Source: Scyliorhinus canicula
Taxonomy: Eukaryota
Direction: 5' to 3'
Length of the DNA: 59,840 nt
Assembly (NCBI RefSeq): GCF_902713615.1
Contig: NW_024055461.1
Location: 932,966-992,805, forward strand
Below are positions 20,991-32,079 of the stretch, one piece after another (within the stretch, counting starts at the first letter, position 1; each line of letters begins with the position of its first letter). Under the pieces are notes generated by a model. It was given only the letters and a program-made list of their open reading frames with translations. It did not search any database and was not told the origin of the DNA. Position numbers and translations under genes: made by a program.

Positions 20991-23900
20991 ACAACTGCAA
21001 GTTCCCTTCCAAGACACTCACCATCCTGATTTAGGAATTACACCGCCATTCCTTCACTGTCGCCGAGTCAAAATTCTGGAACTCTCTCCCTGACAATATT
21101 GCGGATATACCTTCGCCAGATGGACTGCAGCTATTCAAGGCTGCCTTACATCTGAACTTTCCCAGGGGACAATTAGGCATATACAGTACAATAAAATCTG
21201 GGTTTGCCAGCGCCTCCAAAATCCGAGGATAATATTAAAAATAAAATGCAAAGGGATTTCTCTGCTTCACTGACCCATTAAATAGATCAGGGACTGCCAT
21301 AGCACGGAATGTAACCCAATAAATCGCTCTCTTCATTGCCTAATCGAAAATTCCAAAGACCGATATATCACTGCTTAAAAATCAACCAAATCTCCTTCTC
21401 CAGCCTGTCTGGCGTTGCGGGATTCTTTCTGACTGTCACAATCTGGGTTTGGAATCCCCTTCCTGAGTCGCCCAGTCAAACATCAAGTACAATTACCACA
21501 TTTCACACAGATACAAGTTCTATTGAAGGACTTGATCAAATTGCACTCCCTGAAATACTGGAAAATGAAGCAGAAGATTTACAACCAGTCAGGAAGATTC
21601 CGGGTCCCAGCACAGTGACCGCACGCACAGAAACTGAACAGATACACATGACAACAATCGAGTTCCAGCAGATAGATCTGTTCAATCTGTCAGTTTCAAG
21701 AAACTGTTTGATTCGAATTTATCAATGGTCAACTTCCGACAACAATAATTCAGTGACTTATTTGAAATTAAACTGACATTAATTTCAAAACTGCATTCGG
21801 TTTTTAACTATTTCTGTCTGTCTATCTCAAAATTCGATAATTGGGCAAAAAGTAGTTTTGCTAAAAATGAGCAGATTAAATATTACAGATTCAGGGTAGA
21901 TTAATGACAGAACAGAGAATCAGTGACAGGGCAATAATTAAACAAACCAGGAAATATTCACATTACCCACTGATATGATCTAAAAACACAATTAAATGTA
22001 ATCAAAAAACGAATCAGGGCAAAAGAATGTAATCAGAAAAAGAATTTAGCTGCACACAGCAGTATAATGAAATGTATGGTTTCCTAAATTAATTTCAGAT
22101 ATTATTAAAATTCTCTAAAACAATTGAGATATTGCACGCCAGTATACAACTCAATTGTAGGAGATCATTTATGCTGAATTAATTCTCACTGATATTGTAT
22201 TGTAAGTTATTGTTAATTGTCAGCTAATTCTTTATTCGATTATCTGTACTATAATAATAAATATAATAAAAATAGTATTCAATAATCCCCAATTTGTTTT
22301 TACCCAGAGCTTTATGAAATAATTGGGGTTTAATTAAAACAACCTGACAATCAAACAATGTTGAACAGTAAACTCCAAATTACTCGATGTAATCATCTTA
22401 ACATTTAATTGACTATATTCACATTTTTTTACTCCAATTGCTCTACTCGACCTACAAATGTGTAAAATATGCGCCTTTCTGAACGCATTGATAAATCATA
22501 AACTCCATCTATTCTCAGAAAGTAATGAATATAACGAGAATAGCTCAGTAATGTTTATTCAAATCATTTGTAAAACTGACACATTATGAGCAAGTAGCGT
22601 CGACAATTTGATGTTGAATTTAGCATTTAATAAAATTTAAGCCTAAAGCTAAGATATAATCATTCCTTCTTTCCTATCATCTGTTTTCCTATAATTCTAT
22701 CGTGTGTAGAGCACAGCTATGGGAGACAGGGTGTCATTATAAAAGGCAAAGGTACTGTTAACCTTTTGTAAATAAATAAATCGGTTTGACATTCAAGCTT
22801 TTACTTTTCAATCTCTTGCCAGAGGCAATCTGAACTTTCCTATAATAGATAAAATCAGGGAACAATTCATTGATTGGCAGCGACTTCCACATCTAAGAAA
22901 ACTGTTTCAGGTTAGATTAGTGATAATTACCTCGCTATCCAACTACGCATTACAGTGAAGGTATAATATGGTTGCAGCGCCACAGAAATAATAGAATAAC
23001 TGGAACTACAAAGTATTTCCAGCCTAGAAACCTGTCCGGTCATGTTAACCTCGTGCAGAACACAGCAGGATTGTGAAAGGTGATTAATGATGAATTATAT
23101 TAATCTAAAATAACCTTTGGTTAATATAGAGTTGTATCACCGCATTGCAATTGTTTGAATTATATACATGTTACTATGTTCTGCATGGGCGTTTCAGTCA
23201 CTATTTCGTTTAATCTGGAAGCATCAGTTAAAATTACAAAATGCATCAATATATCTTTATTCGATTATTTTCTTAAGCCTGGCTGTTTTCTCCCGACAAT
23301 CGCCTTTCAAGCATTTTCCAATGCGGAGACTGTTTGCATTCAACCAGAAAACGTGTAACCGCTCAGTGTCACCGAGTTTAAACAATGCAGAAACAATGCA
23401 GAAACGCTGAACCGTTTGACAGATCTGAATCATTTAAAGTCACCCAGATACACAATCCCCTCAGCAGAACAAAACACTAAATCACATCAATGAAACCCGT
23501 TTATGGAGAAGCAACTCAACTCTACATCGAACAGGATCAAACTTAACATTGCAAGAAAATATCAATATCCAGCAAACCAGCTCATCGCCAAATTTATGAA
23601 TTATTTAACTAAACAGAAATCTGGAATAACAGCAATAACATTGCGAGGAGCTGGAATATTAACAACAAATAAATATTGAAAATGTACCACATTTTTTCAT
23701 ATTGAGTCATTTTTCAAACATATTTAAATGCTTTTAATGTTTGCAGTTGATGGTAAAAGCTGCAACCATCAGATGCCACCGAGATTAAACTTTGCACAAA
23801 CGGCAAACTGATTGCAGCAACATTTGTGCTCGGAAAGGATTTGTGGTAAAACGTGGCTTAGTTTAATCTGCAATTTTCACTTTTTTCACGATGCACTAAC

Positions 23901-24688
23901 AGCCTCCCTGTTCTCTGCCGATAATCCTGCGACAAGCAGTTTCAAACACGCAGACTCTTTGTATTCAATCACAAACCGTGTAACCGCTCAGTGTCACCGA
24001 GTTGAAACAATACAGACACGCCAAACCATTTCACAAACATTCCTACACAAAGTCACCCAAAAACATTCCTCAGCAGGAAAACACCAAATCACATCACTGA
24101 AGGAATGAAACATCATGGAGAAGCAGCTCAATTCTGCAAAACACTTCCAAAAGAATCGAATGTAACATTGCAAGAAAATCTCAGTTTAGAATGCACCAAA
24201 CCCTCATGTCATCAAATGAATGAACAGTAAACTAAACAGAAAACCTCAATAATATCATCAGCACTTTCAGTAAGCAGAACATGTTCAATAAGATAATACA
24301 GAAACTTTAGCACATTTTATCAATGTTGGGATCGATATCATGCACTTGTGCGGTGGACGGTACAAACTGCAGACATTAGATAGAGCCGAGATTAAACATC
24401 GTACAAACAGACGTTTTGTATTTAAAGTAACCGAACCACACAGTATCCTCAGCAAATAAACATTAGATCACAGCAAACAGCGACTGATCACTGAGCAGTA
24501 TCTTTCTGTCAAGAAATTGCGGGATTCTGTATTCCCCTTTCAGCAGAATCAAATGAAACATTGCAACAACATCTGAATACATGATCCACCAAAACACATT
24601 TCAGTGAACGAATGGATTTTGAAAATGCAGAAAAATCTAAAACAAATACTCAAGTAACACAGTTGGTAAATAATGGAATGGTTCTTAC

Positions 24689-24736
24689 CTGCAGTCACCG
24701 TCACCATGGTGCCTTGTCCCCAGTAGTCTAGATAGT
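24689..24736 (-). CDS. IGHJ: JH segment
   Basis: AC TAT CTA GAC TAC TGG GGA CAA GGC ACC ATG GTG ACG GTG ACT GCA G|gtaag = YLDYWGQGTMVTVTA. Confidence 0.98.
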
Positions 24737-24775
24737 CACAGTGTCACATTCCCTGGGCAGCTCCATACAATAACC
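24737..24775 (+). other. JH recombination signal, 23-nt spacer
   Basis: CACAGTG (24737-24743), 23 nt, ACAATAACC (24767-24775). Confidence 0.97.
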
Positions 24776-25098
24776 GCACCTGCATAAAATAGACAGAAAT
24801 CCCACCATTATTTTAAATATTCACAAACCAACGGCAAAGAAAATTCACGATTAATTTTCAGGAAATTATATTAATATTTGTGTATACCGTTCTCTCTTCA
24901 TAAATGACCGAATGTTTTACATTTCACAGACATGGAAATGTTATTGAAAACACCAACTGTGACTAAATAACGACCACCAATTTTCCAGATTAATTCTTAT
25001 TATTTTGTCAGTGCTGGACATGAATAATGCTTCACTGTGAATAAAGTTGGATTGTAAAAGCGAGCACAGAGCCAGCCTCAGTTAATTAGTGCTGAGGG

Positions 25099-25126
25099 GC
25101 TTTTTGTATTGACAGTAACTGCTGTG
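25099..25126 (-). other. D2 3' RSS, 12-nt spacer
   Basis: CACAGCA, 12 nt, ACAAAAAGC. Confidence 0.92.
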
Positions 25127-25136
25127 CCCCAGTTGT
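25127..25136 (-). CDS. IGHD: D2 segment ACAACTGGGG
   Basis: 10 nt between two 12-RSS; all three frames open (TTG, QLG, NW). Confidence 0.92.
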
Positions 25137-25164
25137 CACAGTGGGACACAGCGTGTCAAATACT
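25137..25164 (+). other. D2 5' RSS, 12-nt spacer
   Basis: CACAGTG, 12 nt, TCAAATACT (nonamer has 3 mismatches). Confidence 0.85.
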
Positions 25165-25470
25165 GCGGCAGACTGTTAACTGTAAAATACAGAGATATAA
25201 TTTCCCTGCACTCCCAAAAAACTAACTCTGTCGCTTCCAAGAGCGAATGGGTGAGTTATTTCAGCTTGTCCTGGTCATTACATTAATAAAGAAGATCGGA
25301 ACACTTTTAAACCCTCTGTGCACATATTCGGTCAACAGTGATAAAGTGGAAGATTTTTATACCTTTTTGCAAACTAATATTACTTCCAAACGTTGTTTTA
25401 TTTAAAACTCGTTTACTTTAACGTTCGTGTTGTGACGCTGATCACCAATTTGAACAAACTCTTTCACTGA

Positions 25471-25508
25471 GGTTTTTGTATGAGGATGTCGCTGTGCACA
25501 GCACTGTG
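25471..25508 (-). other. D1 3' RSS, 22-nt spacer
   Basis: CACAGTG, 22 nt, ACAAAAACC (consensus). Confidence 0.96.
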
Positions 25509-25523
25509 ACCCACTGCTGTAGT
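25509..25523 (-). CDS. IGHD: D1 segment ACTACAGCAGTGGGT
   Basis: 15 nt between a 12-RSS and a 22-RSS; frames TTAVG, LQQW and YSSG all open. Confidence 0.95.
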
Positions 25524-25551
25524 CACAGTGACAGACACCCGCACAAAAACT
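25524..25551 (+). other. D1 5' RSS, 12-nt spacer
   Basis: CACAGTG, 12 nt, ACAAAAACT. Confidence 0.96.
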
Positions 25552-25921
25552 GCACTCACTCTCTGTTCAATCCTGCCGCTCAATATTCACTTCAAATACA
25601 CGTTTACTTCTGATCTAATTTACAATTTATACAGCAGTTTATCAAATCCAATGTACATAGATTTTCCCAAGTATCAGAAATAATAAAACGATGATTATAT
25701 ACAAGTCTGTAATAGCTGAAACTGGTAACAATAAATATAAACTGACACAAGCTCATCCTATTATATCGATTGGTGTGTTCAGTTTTACAGTTTAATTTTC
25801 TCTGTGTGAGTTATGTAAGAAGCAGCGTGTGCAATGACTCTGATCACTGACATTAATATTACATTTGAATCAAGTACTGACCTTCAGGTTAAGCTGCAAG
25901 TTGCTGAATTCCCTCTCGAGC

Positions 25922-25960
25922 TGTTCTTGTGCGGGTCCAGCCCTGGTTCCTCTCGCTGTG
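25922..25960 (-). other. VH RSS, 23-nt spacer
   Basis: CACAGCG, 23 nt, ACAAGAACA. Confidence 0.93.
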
Positions 25961-26265
25961 GTATCCTGCACAGTAATAGATGGCGGTGTCTTCGGTCTTC
26001 AGACTCCTCATGGCCAAAGAGAAGATGTTGTTTGAAGTGTCTTTGGACGCAGTGAATCGATCTTTAATGGCTGGGGCGTAGTTGTTGCTGGATGAACTAT
26101 AGTAATATACCAACCACTCCAGCCCCTGTCCGGGAACCTGCCGGACCCAGTGCATGCTGTAGCTGCCAAGATTGAAGCCGCTGGTTTTACAGGTCAGTGT
26201 CAGGGAGCCTCCGGGACGCCCGGTCTCTGCCTCTGGCTGAGTCAACACAACATCCGACTGGACAC
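25961..26265 (-). CDS. IGHV: VH exon (germline, unjoined)
   Basis: ttacag|GT GTC CAG TCG; [98 protein letters not shown]; canonical Cys, Trp and YYC, no stops. Confidence 0.98.
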
Positions 26266-26393
26266 CTGTAAAAATATATCAAAAAGCCCGAGGATTAATG
26301 CTGGTGAAATGATTGGTGACTCTGGAACATTCCAGAGAGAGAATAACACTGAGACAGTAACAGTGAGAGACTTGGACAATAAAAACTACTCAC

Positions 26394-26439
26394 GGGATAA
26401 GAAAGTCAGCAACAAACTGAGAGAAATGGCCCACCTCAT
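26394..26439 (-). CDS. IGHV: VH leader exon
   Basis: ATG AGG TGG GCC...TTA TCC C|gtgagt = MRWAISLSLLLTFLS; a 128-nt intron joins it in frame to VH (RVQS). Confidence 0.95.
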
Positions 26440-26530
26440 CCTTCTGGTCATTTGGGGGAAATGGTTGTGTCAGGAACTCAGTGAACAAACCAACTCCCGG
26501 ACTGTTGGATTCGGGTCCCAGTGAGCGGCA

Positions 26531-26602
26531 TTTAAATACCCGGCAGAAGGGGGCGGCTTTCCAGGCGCCGCCTGTTGATTCCCTGGTGGAGGCGGCGACT
26601 GG
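26531..26602 (-). promoter_or_regulatory. VH promoter: TATA-like box and GC-rich upstream element
   Basis: TATTTAAA at 26531-26538, ~90 nt upstream of the ATG; GGGGCGG box immediately upstream. Confidence 0.7.
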
Positions 26603-29600
26603 ATCCACGTCCCACCTTCCACACCCCCAATAGAATGGACCCAGAGATTTACAATAGGTTATTATTAAAAAGTGACATTAGATCGGTATATTTGTTTGGC
26701 TGAATGGATTCATTGTAATGTCTATCCTCACCCGAATGGAAAATTATATTTGAGCATCTCTGAGTAAAATCTAATTCCATTTACATTAAATCTCTTTATT
26801 TCTGCACTCCAATATAAAGGGATGAACATAAACAGAATAAATTACATTTTCAGGGTAATAAATCGTCTGTCTATCCAATTACAACAGCAAAGTATAATTT
26901 TCAGACGAAATGTAACTAAATGAGGGAATGAATGACGTGATTACATTTAATATTACATTTAATATTAGCAGTGCGGATGGCTATCACTGTACAATGTGGG
27001 TCTGGAGACAAGAAGAAACTCTCAAATTACACAATGTCTCTCTTTACATTTCTCGAATTGCCCCTGAGCCTCAGACAATCCTGTGAACATTAGCGGTAAA
27101 AGAAGACGCTTTCCAGATAATTCAGCAGTGAGTTGACAGAGAAACATAAAATGAACATCAGCTTTTGTCAGAGAAGTTAATGAATCAGAACTGACACGGC
27201 GATCAGCAAAGTTATCTTTCAGCATCCAAATCATTGCAGCTAATTTTATTGGCCACCGGCTGTCTAACATTCACTGGTGTTGGGAACACAGGATATCAGG
27301 ACTGTGCGGCATATTATACAATATCACAGGAATAAATGCTTTATCTTCCACTGAAGCAGGTCATGAACTGGTCATTTCTCCACTCATTGGCAGCAATGAG
27401 AGAGTTAAATAATGGGAGTTAAATAATGGAAATCAGCACAAATTAAACTGTACAGAACACAGTGTTAATCAGGTATAAGAGACGCCTCCGTTTAAATGAG
27501 GTCAACAACTCGGAGAATATTCCAGGAATTCCGGCGGGTTTTGAGCACTTTTATGATTTTCTTTTAATTCAACTTATATTTTTTGCAATTCCCCTCATCT
27601 TATTGGGCTTGTGGATTGGGTCCATCAACACCACTCACTCTCACTTCATTAGGTTCTTCACAAGCGGACTTTCATAACTAGAGTGACCTTTACTCGGAAC
27701 TTATATAAATTAAATAGCACGAGTCAATTTACTATTTTCCGATCATGTTTAATCTAAGAGTGAACAGAACATTCAGTGAATATATTTATTTAGATGGAAC
27801 ACCATTTAAAACGTTTACTTCATGTGAGACTGAAACATTTATTGTTTGAATGGATAAATCCCATTTTGTCCATTCATATTCAGGTTAATCTGCCCCACAC
27901 AGTATTTGGCAGCAATCCAGCCGCCTGCAGTCAGGGAGGCTCGAATGTTCAATGTTGTTTACAGGAAGCATCTGGAATGTTTTTTCAGAGATCTGTTGGC
28001 TCAGTACTGACCGCTTGGCTGCAAGCCAACTTCAAACTCTTAACATTGTCAATGAGAACTATTTATAAACAAATCTACCCAGCAACAGTACTGGAGATCA
28101 TTTTATGTTTTAAATTCTGAACCTATTTGTACTGTTCCCATCTCTATGGAAAGGATTTGTAGCCCCTCTTAGCAGCAATATCCCGCTGGAGGATCTCTCC
28201 CACATCTCATAACAATGTGATGACGGATAGAAATACAATCAGACTATCAGACAGAGGAACCATTTGTAACAGACCAACATGTATATTCATGTTTTCCTCC
28301 TATATACTTTCATGGATTGTGGAACTAAATGGCAAGACCCTGCCCCTAATTACTCTTGAACTGAGCGGTTTGCTTTGCCAGTTCAGAATGAATGGGAGAG
28401 TCAGACATGTTGCTGTCCGACTGGAGCCTGATGTAGGTGAAGCCGGGGAGGGATGACAGATTTCCTTCATTGGTGAAACAGAGCGGATTGCGTGTAATAT
28501 GTATTCCAGATTTATTAAGTGGAATCAAATTCCCCCTCCGACTATGGTGGGATTTGTACCCGAGCATTTGTACCCGGGCATTTTTATTACTGGCCCAATA
28601 ACATTAATACTGCATCACCATCCACCCAAAATATAAAGGGATCACTGATTTGATGTAGAGATGAGTGTTAGTTGGATGCCTGAATATTGTGATTGAGGAA
28701 TCAGTGAATGGGGTTGATGGATGGATGGATCGATGGCCCTGAAAGATGCTGTTCTACATTCTCAGTTTTGCGCTTGATGATTTCACAAATTAAAGTTGGT
28801 CCTTTATAATTTGTACCGACTGATACATTCGGTGGCTGAAGCCTTTCTGGGTGAATTCCCTCCCCAGACTATCGGGAACTGACGAACTGGACGTCACTAA
28901 GAGGAAACTGGAGATATTCCTGCGGTGCGGGTGATTCTTCTCTGCTGATGGTGAATCGTCATCTCAAAGACAGAAAGCGGGAACGTGATTACATTGAGGA
29001 GGGACGGCTGTAATATTTGGAACATGTGGTCATTTCGTGTACAATAAGTCACTCAAGATGTCCTCACCCAAATTAATGAAGACACCAGACAAAAAACATA
29101 TTAATGTAAAAACAGAAATACTGTGAAACTCAGTGGACAGCTGTAAATGTTAAATTACTTTCTAAAACAGTGTAATAAAAAATGGGGAAGTAAAGATTCA
29201 TTAACGTCACATTAGGTAAAGGCATTTTTATTTCTACCGGCACTTTAAAAATCATCTCACACTCCAGTCTGGAGATTCTGTGTGACGATGAGGAGATTAC
29301 TGACAAATACAGAGCAGAGGCTGCTGGGTAGCTGCACATTACCCTCGGTGTGGTTTAATTCCATTTCACATTGAATTCCGGTGTAGATGTGACTTCTTGG
29401 TGACAGAATGGTCAATGGTATCTCAATTAAATTTAATCTCAATAAATTATATCAAACACACAAAAAAGGAATTAGGAGCAGAAATAGACAATTAAGCCCT
29501 TTGAGCCTGCTCCGCCATTCAATCATCATGGCTGATTTCTTCGTGGTCTCAAATCCACCTCCCTTAAATGAATTGTATTTACATTTTGTAAAAGAAAGTG

Positions 29601-29679
29601 CGGATCATAAATGGTGAATGGAACTTATTATGTTGTGTTGGTGATAATTGAATAATATCATTATTTAACTTTGTGACTT

Positions 29680-30450
29680 GTGACAATTGGTGATATTCGC
29701 CACGGAATTGCTAAACAATGACCATCTCCACCAACATAGAATCTAACCATCGCTCCTTGACATTCACTGATATTGTCATCGCTGAAATCCCCACGATCAA
29801 TACACTGGGGTTACCATTGACCAGAATCTGGACTGGACTGACCATATAAATGCTGAGGCTACAAGATCCGATCAGCGTCTAGGAAACCTGGGTGAGCAAC
29901 TCGCCTCCTGACTCCCAAAGCCTGTTCACTATCTACAAAGCATGAGCCAGGAGTGTAATTAAATTCTCTCCAGTTGCCTGGCTGGGTGCAGCTCCAACAA
30001 AATTCAAGAAGCTCGACACCATCCAGGCCAAAGTAGCCCCGCTTGATTGTCACCCTATGCGCAAACACTCATTCCATCCACTTCCAGCGAATAATGGGAA
30101 TAATGTACCATCCACAAGATGCACTGCAGGAATGCCGCAAGTCTCCTTTGAAACACCTTCTGAACCCAGGACCATATCCTTCTAGAAGGAAAAGGCAGCT
30201 AATACATGGTAAGATCACCACCTGGAAATTCCCCTCCAAATCATTCACTATCCTAACTTGCAAATATATCACCGAATCTTCGTTGTCGCTGGCTCAAACG
30301 CCTAGAACTCCCTCCCGAACAGCATCGTCGGTGTACCTACACCAGAGTGACTACAGAGGTTCAAACAAGCAGTTCATCGCCTCTTTGTGAAAGGTAATTA
30401 GTGATGGACAATAAATCATGGCGTAGCCCTCGATGTCCACACCGTATAAC
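29680..30450 (+). mobile_element. Old CR1/L2-type LINE 3' fragment
   Basis: ctggggttaccattgaccag..., gcagctccaacaa...aagaagctcgacaccatccagg; same family as 32080-33600 and 57990-59840. Confidence 0.65.
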
Positions 30451-30768
30451 TTCATTTAAAACAGGACTTTGTGGAACGATGGCAATTGGTGAATCTAATT
30501 ATTTATATTCATAAATTAATGAAAATTGGTGAATATAATTGCTATGTTTCTGAACATATATGGCCTCTGCCTTCTCTGCTGGAAGGTATAAGCCATCCCA
30601 AAGGAGATTCATGATGTAAAATCATAACCAATATCGGAAAACAAAGTGGACAGAGGGAAGTGCAACAACTATTGACATAGCTTACTCAGCATCTCTGGTA
30701 AGGCCTTTGCTAGCTTCACACTTTAAACACTTCATCTGCTTGCAGGCGAAATGTTGCTGGAAGTAAGA

Positions 30769-31124
30769 TAGAACATAGAACATAGAACAGTACAGCACAG
30801 AACAGGCCCTTCGGCCCTCGATGTTGTGCCGAGCCATGATCACCCTACTCAAACCCACGTATCCACCCTATACCCGTAACCCAACAACCCCCCCCCCCCC
30901 CCCCAACCTTACTTTTTAGGACACTACGGGCAATTTAGCATGGCCAATCCACCTAACCCGCACATCTTTGGACTGTGGGAGGAAACCGGAGCACCCGGAG
31001 GAAACCCACGCACACACGGGGAGGACGTGCAGACTCCGCACAGACAGTGATCCAGCCGGGAATCGAACCTGGGACCCTGGAGCTGTGAAGCATTTATGCT
31101 AACCACCATGCTACCGTGCTGCCC
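30769..31124 (-). mobile_element. Full-length HE1-like SINE with LINE-derived tail
   Basis: tRNA-like head (A box ggtagcatggtggttagc, B box ggttcgattcc) and a (ttctatg)n tail like that of the CR1 at 51336. Confidence 0.9.
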
Positions 31125-32079
31125 CTAGATGCTGTGTTTGTGTCGCAAGATTTACTCTGGACATGATCTGCCCTTTCTGCCACATGTCTACCTCTTCACC
31201 TTACTTTCATCAATTTCAATAAACATTCGACACTGTCGGTGGGCTGGTGTGAACCACCAGGACCAGTGGATTTAGCAGCTTTGAAATAGACACAAACCGA
31301 GAAAACGACAACCCAGAACGACAATTGGGAGCTTCGTGTGCAACATTTGTGGATCTATTTGCTGTGTATCTACTGGAAATAGAAGGCTACCGTGGCCTTT
31401 GTTAAATTTGTGCGCAACATGTGTTTCATACAAGCACAGCCCCCCCCCCCCCCCCCCCCCACACACACACACAGTCTCCCACGCACGCATTCTCTCTGTT
31501 TTACACGCACACACACATTTTCCGTTTAAAATTAAAATCCCATGTGAACTCCCTGGGAAACTTCGGACACAATGGCCCCAACCATTTTGCAGGTGGTATA
31601 ATCAATCAATAAACTCTCCCCAACACTATGTTTGTGAGATGAATGTTCCATTTCCCATGGACTCCATAGAACGCCCAGGTAAATATTCCTCTATTTAACA
31701 AAGATGAACAAAAATGCATGACCAGGAATTGAGCCGATTTGCTCTGGTGCTGATCTCAATGTGGGCGACACCTGCAATTAGTTATACCTTTAAATTTTGC
31801 AACCTCCCGTAGAAGGCGATGTGATCTTACATTTGTGGAAATGGATTATGGATTCATCAATATCATGGATTATACCTGACAGCAACATTTTCACAGCAAC
31901 TGCAATTGCAAAGTTTGGCCAGCAGATGGAATTTAAATGGAGATGCCTTGAATTACATGAAGCAGACATTGCCTCAATAATTACTGCACTGATCGCTGTC
32001 TCTGTTAATTTTAAATTGGACTCCATCTGTATTTTTGTTAGGCTAGACACTGTCTTTGTTTATAATACAGGACACTCTG

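Noticed and set aside
21336-21776. 146-aa ORF in the J-C intron
   Set aside because: Antisense to the gene, non-ATG start, no recognisable domain.
23332-23339. Near-octamer gtttgcat in the J-C intron
   Set aside because: One mismatch in AT-rich DNA and not retained in the sister repeat copy; expected by chance.
25000-25039. Cryptic RSS between D2 and JH (CACAGTG, 24 nt, ACAAAATAA on minus)
   Set aside because: Spacer 24, nonamer 6/9, no partner signal defining a third D, and no downstream 12-RSS for deletional use.
4874-26439. IgNAR, IgW or germline-joined identity
   Set aside because: Two D segments with intact RSS, CH1 with a light-chain-type Cys, four C domains and a mu-type tailpiece indicate conventional unrearranged IgM.
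30769-31124. tRNA-like A/B boxes in SINE heads
   Set aside because: They continue into SINE core and tail; no complete cloverleaf, so not tRNA genes.
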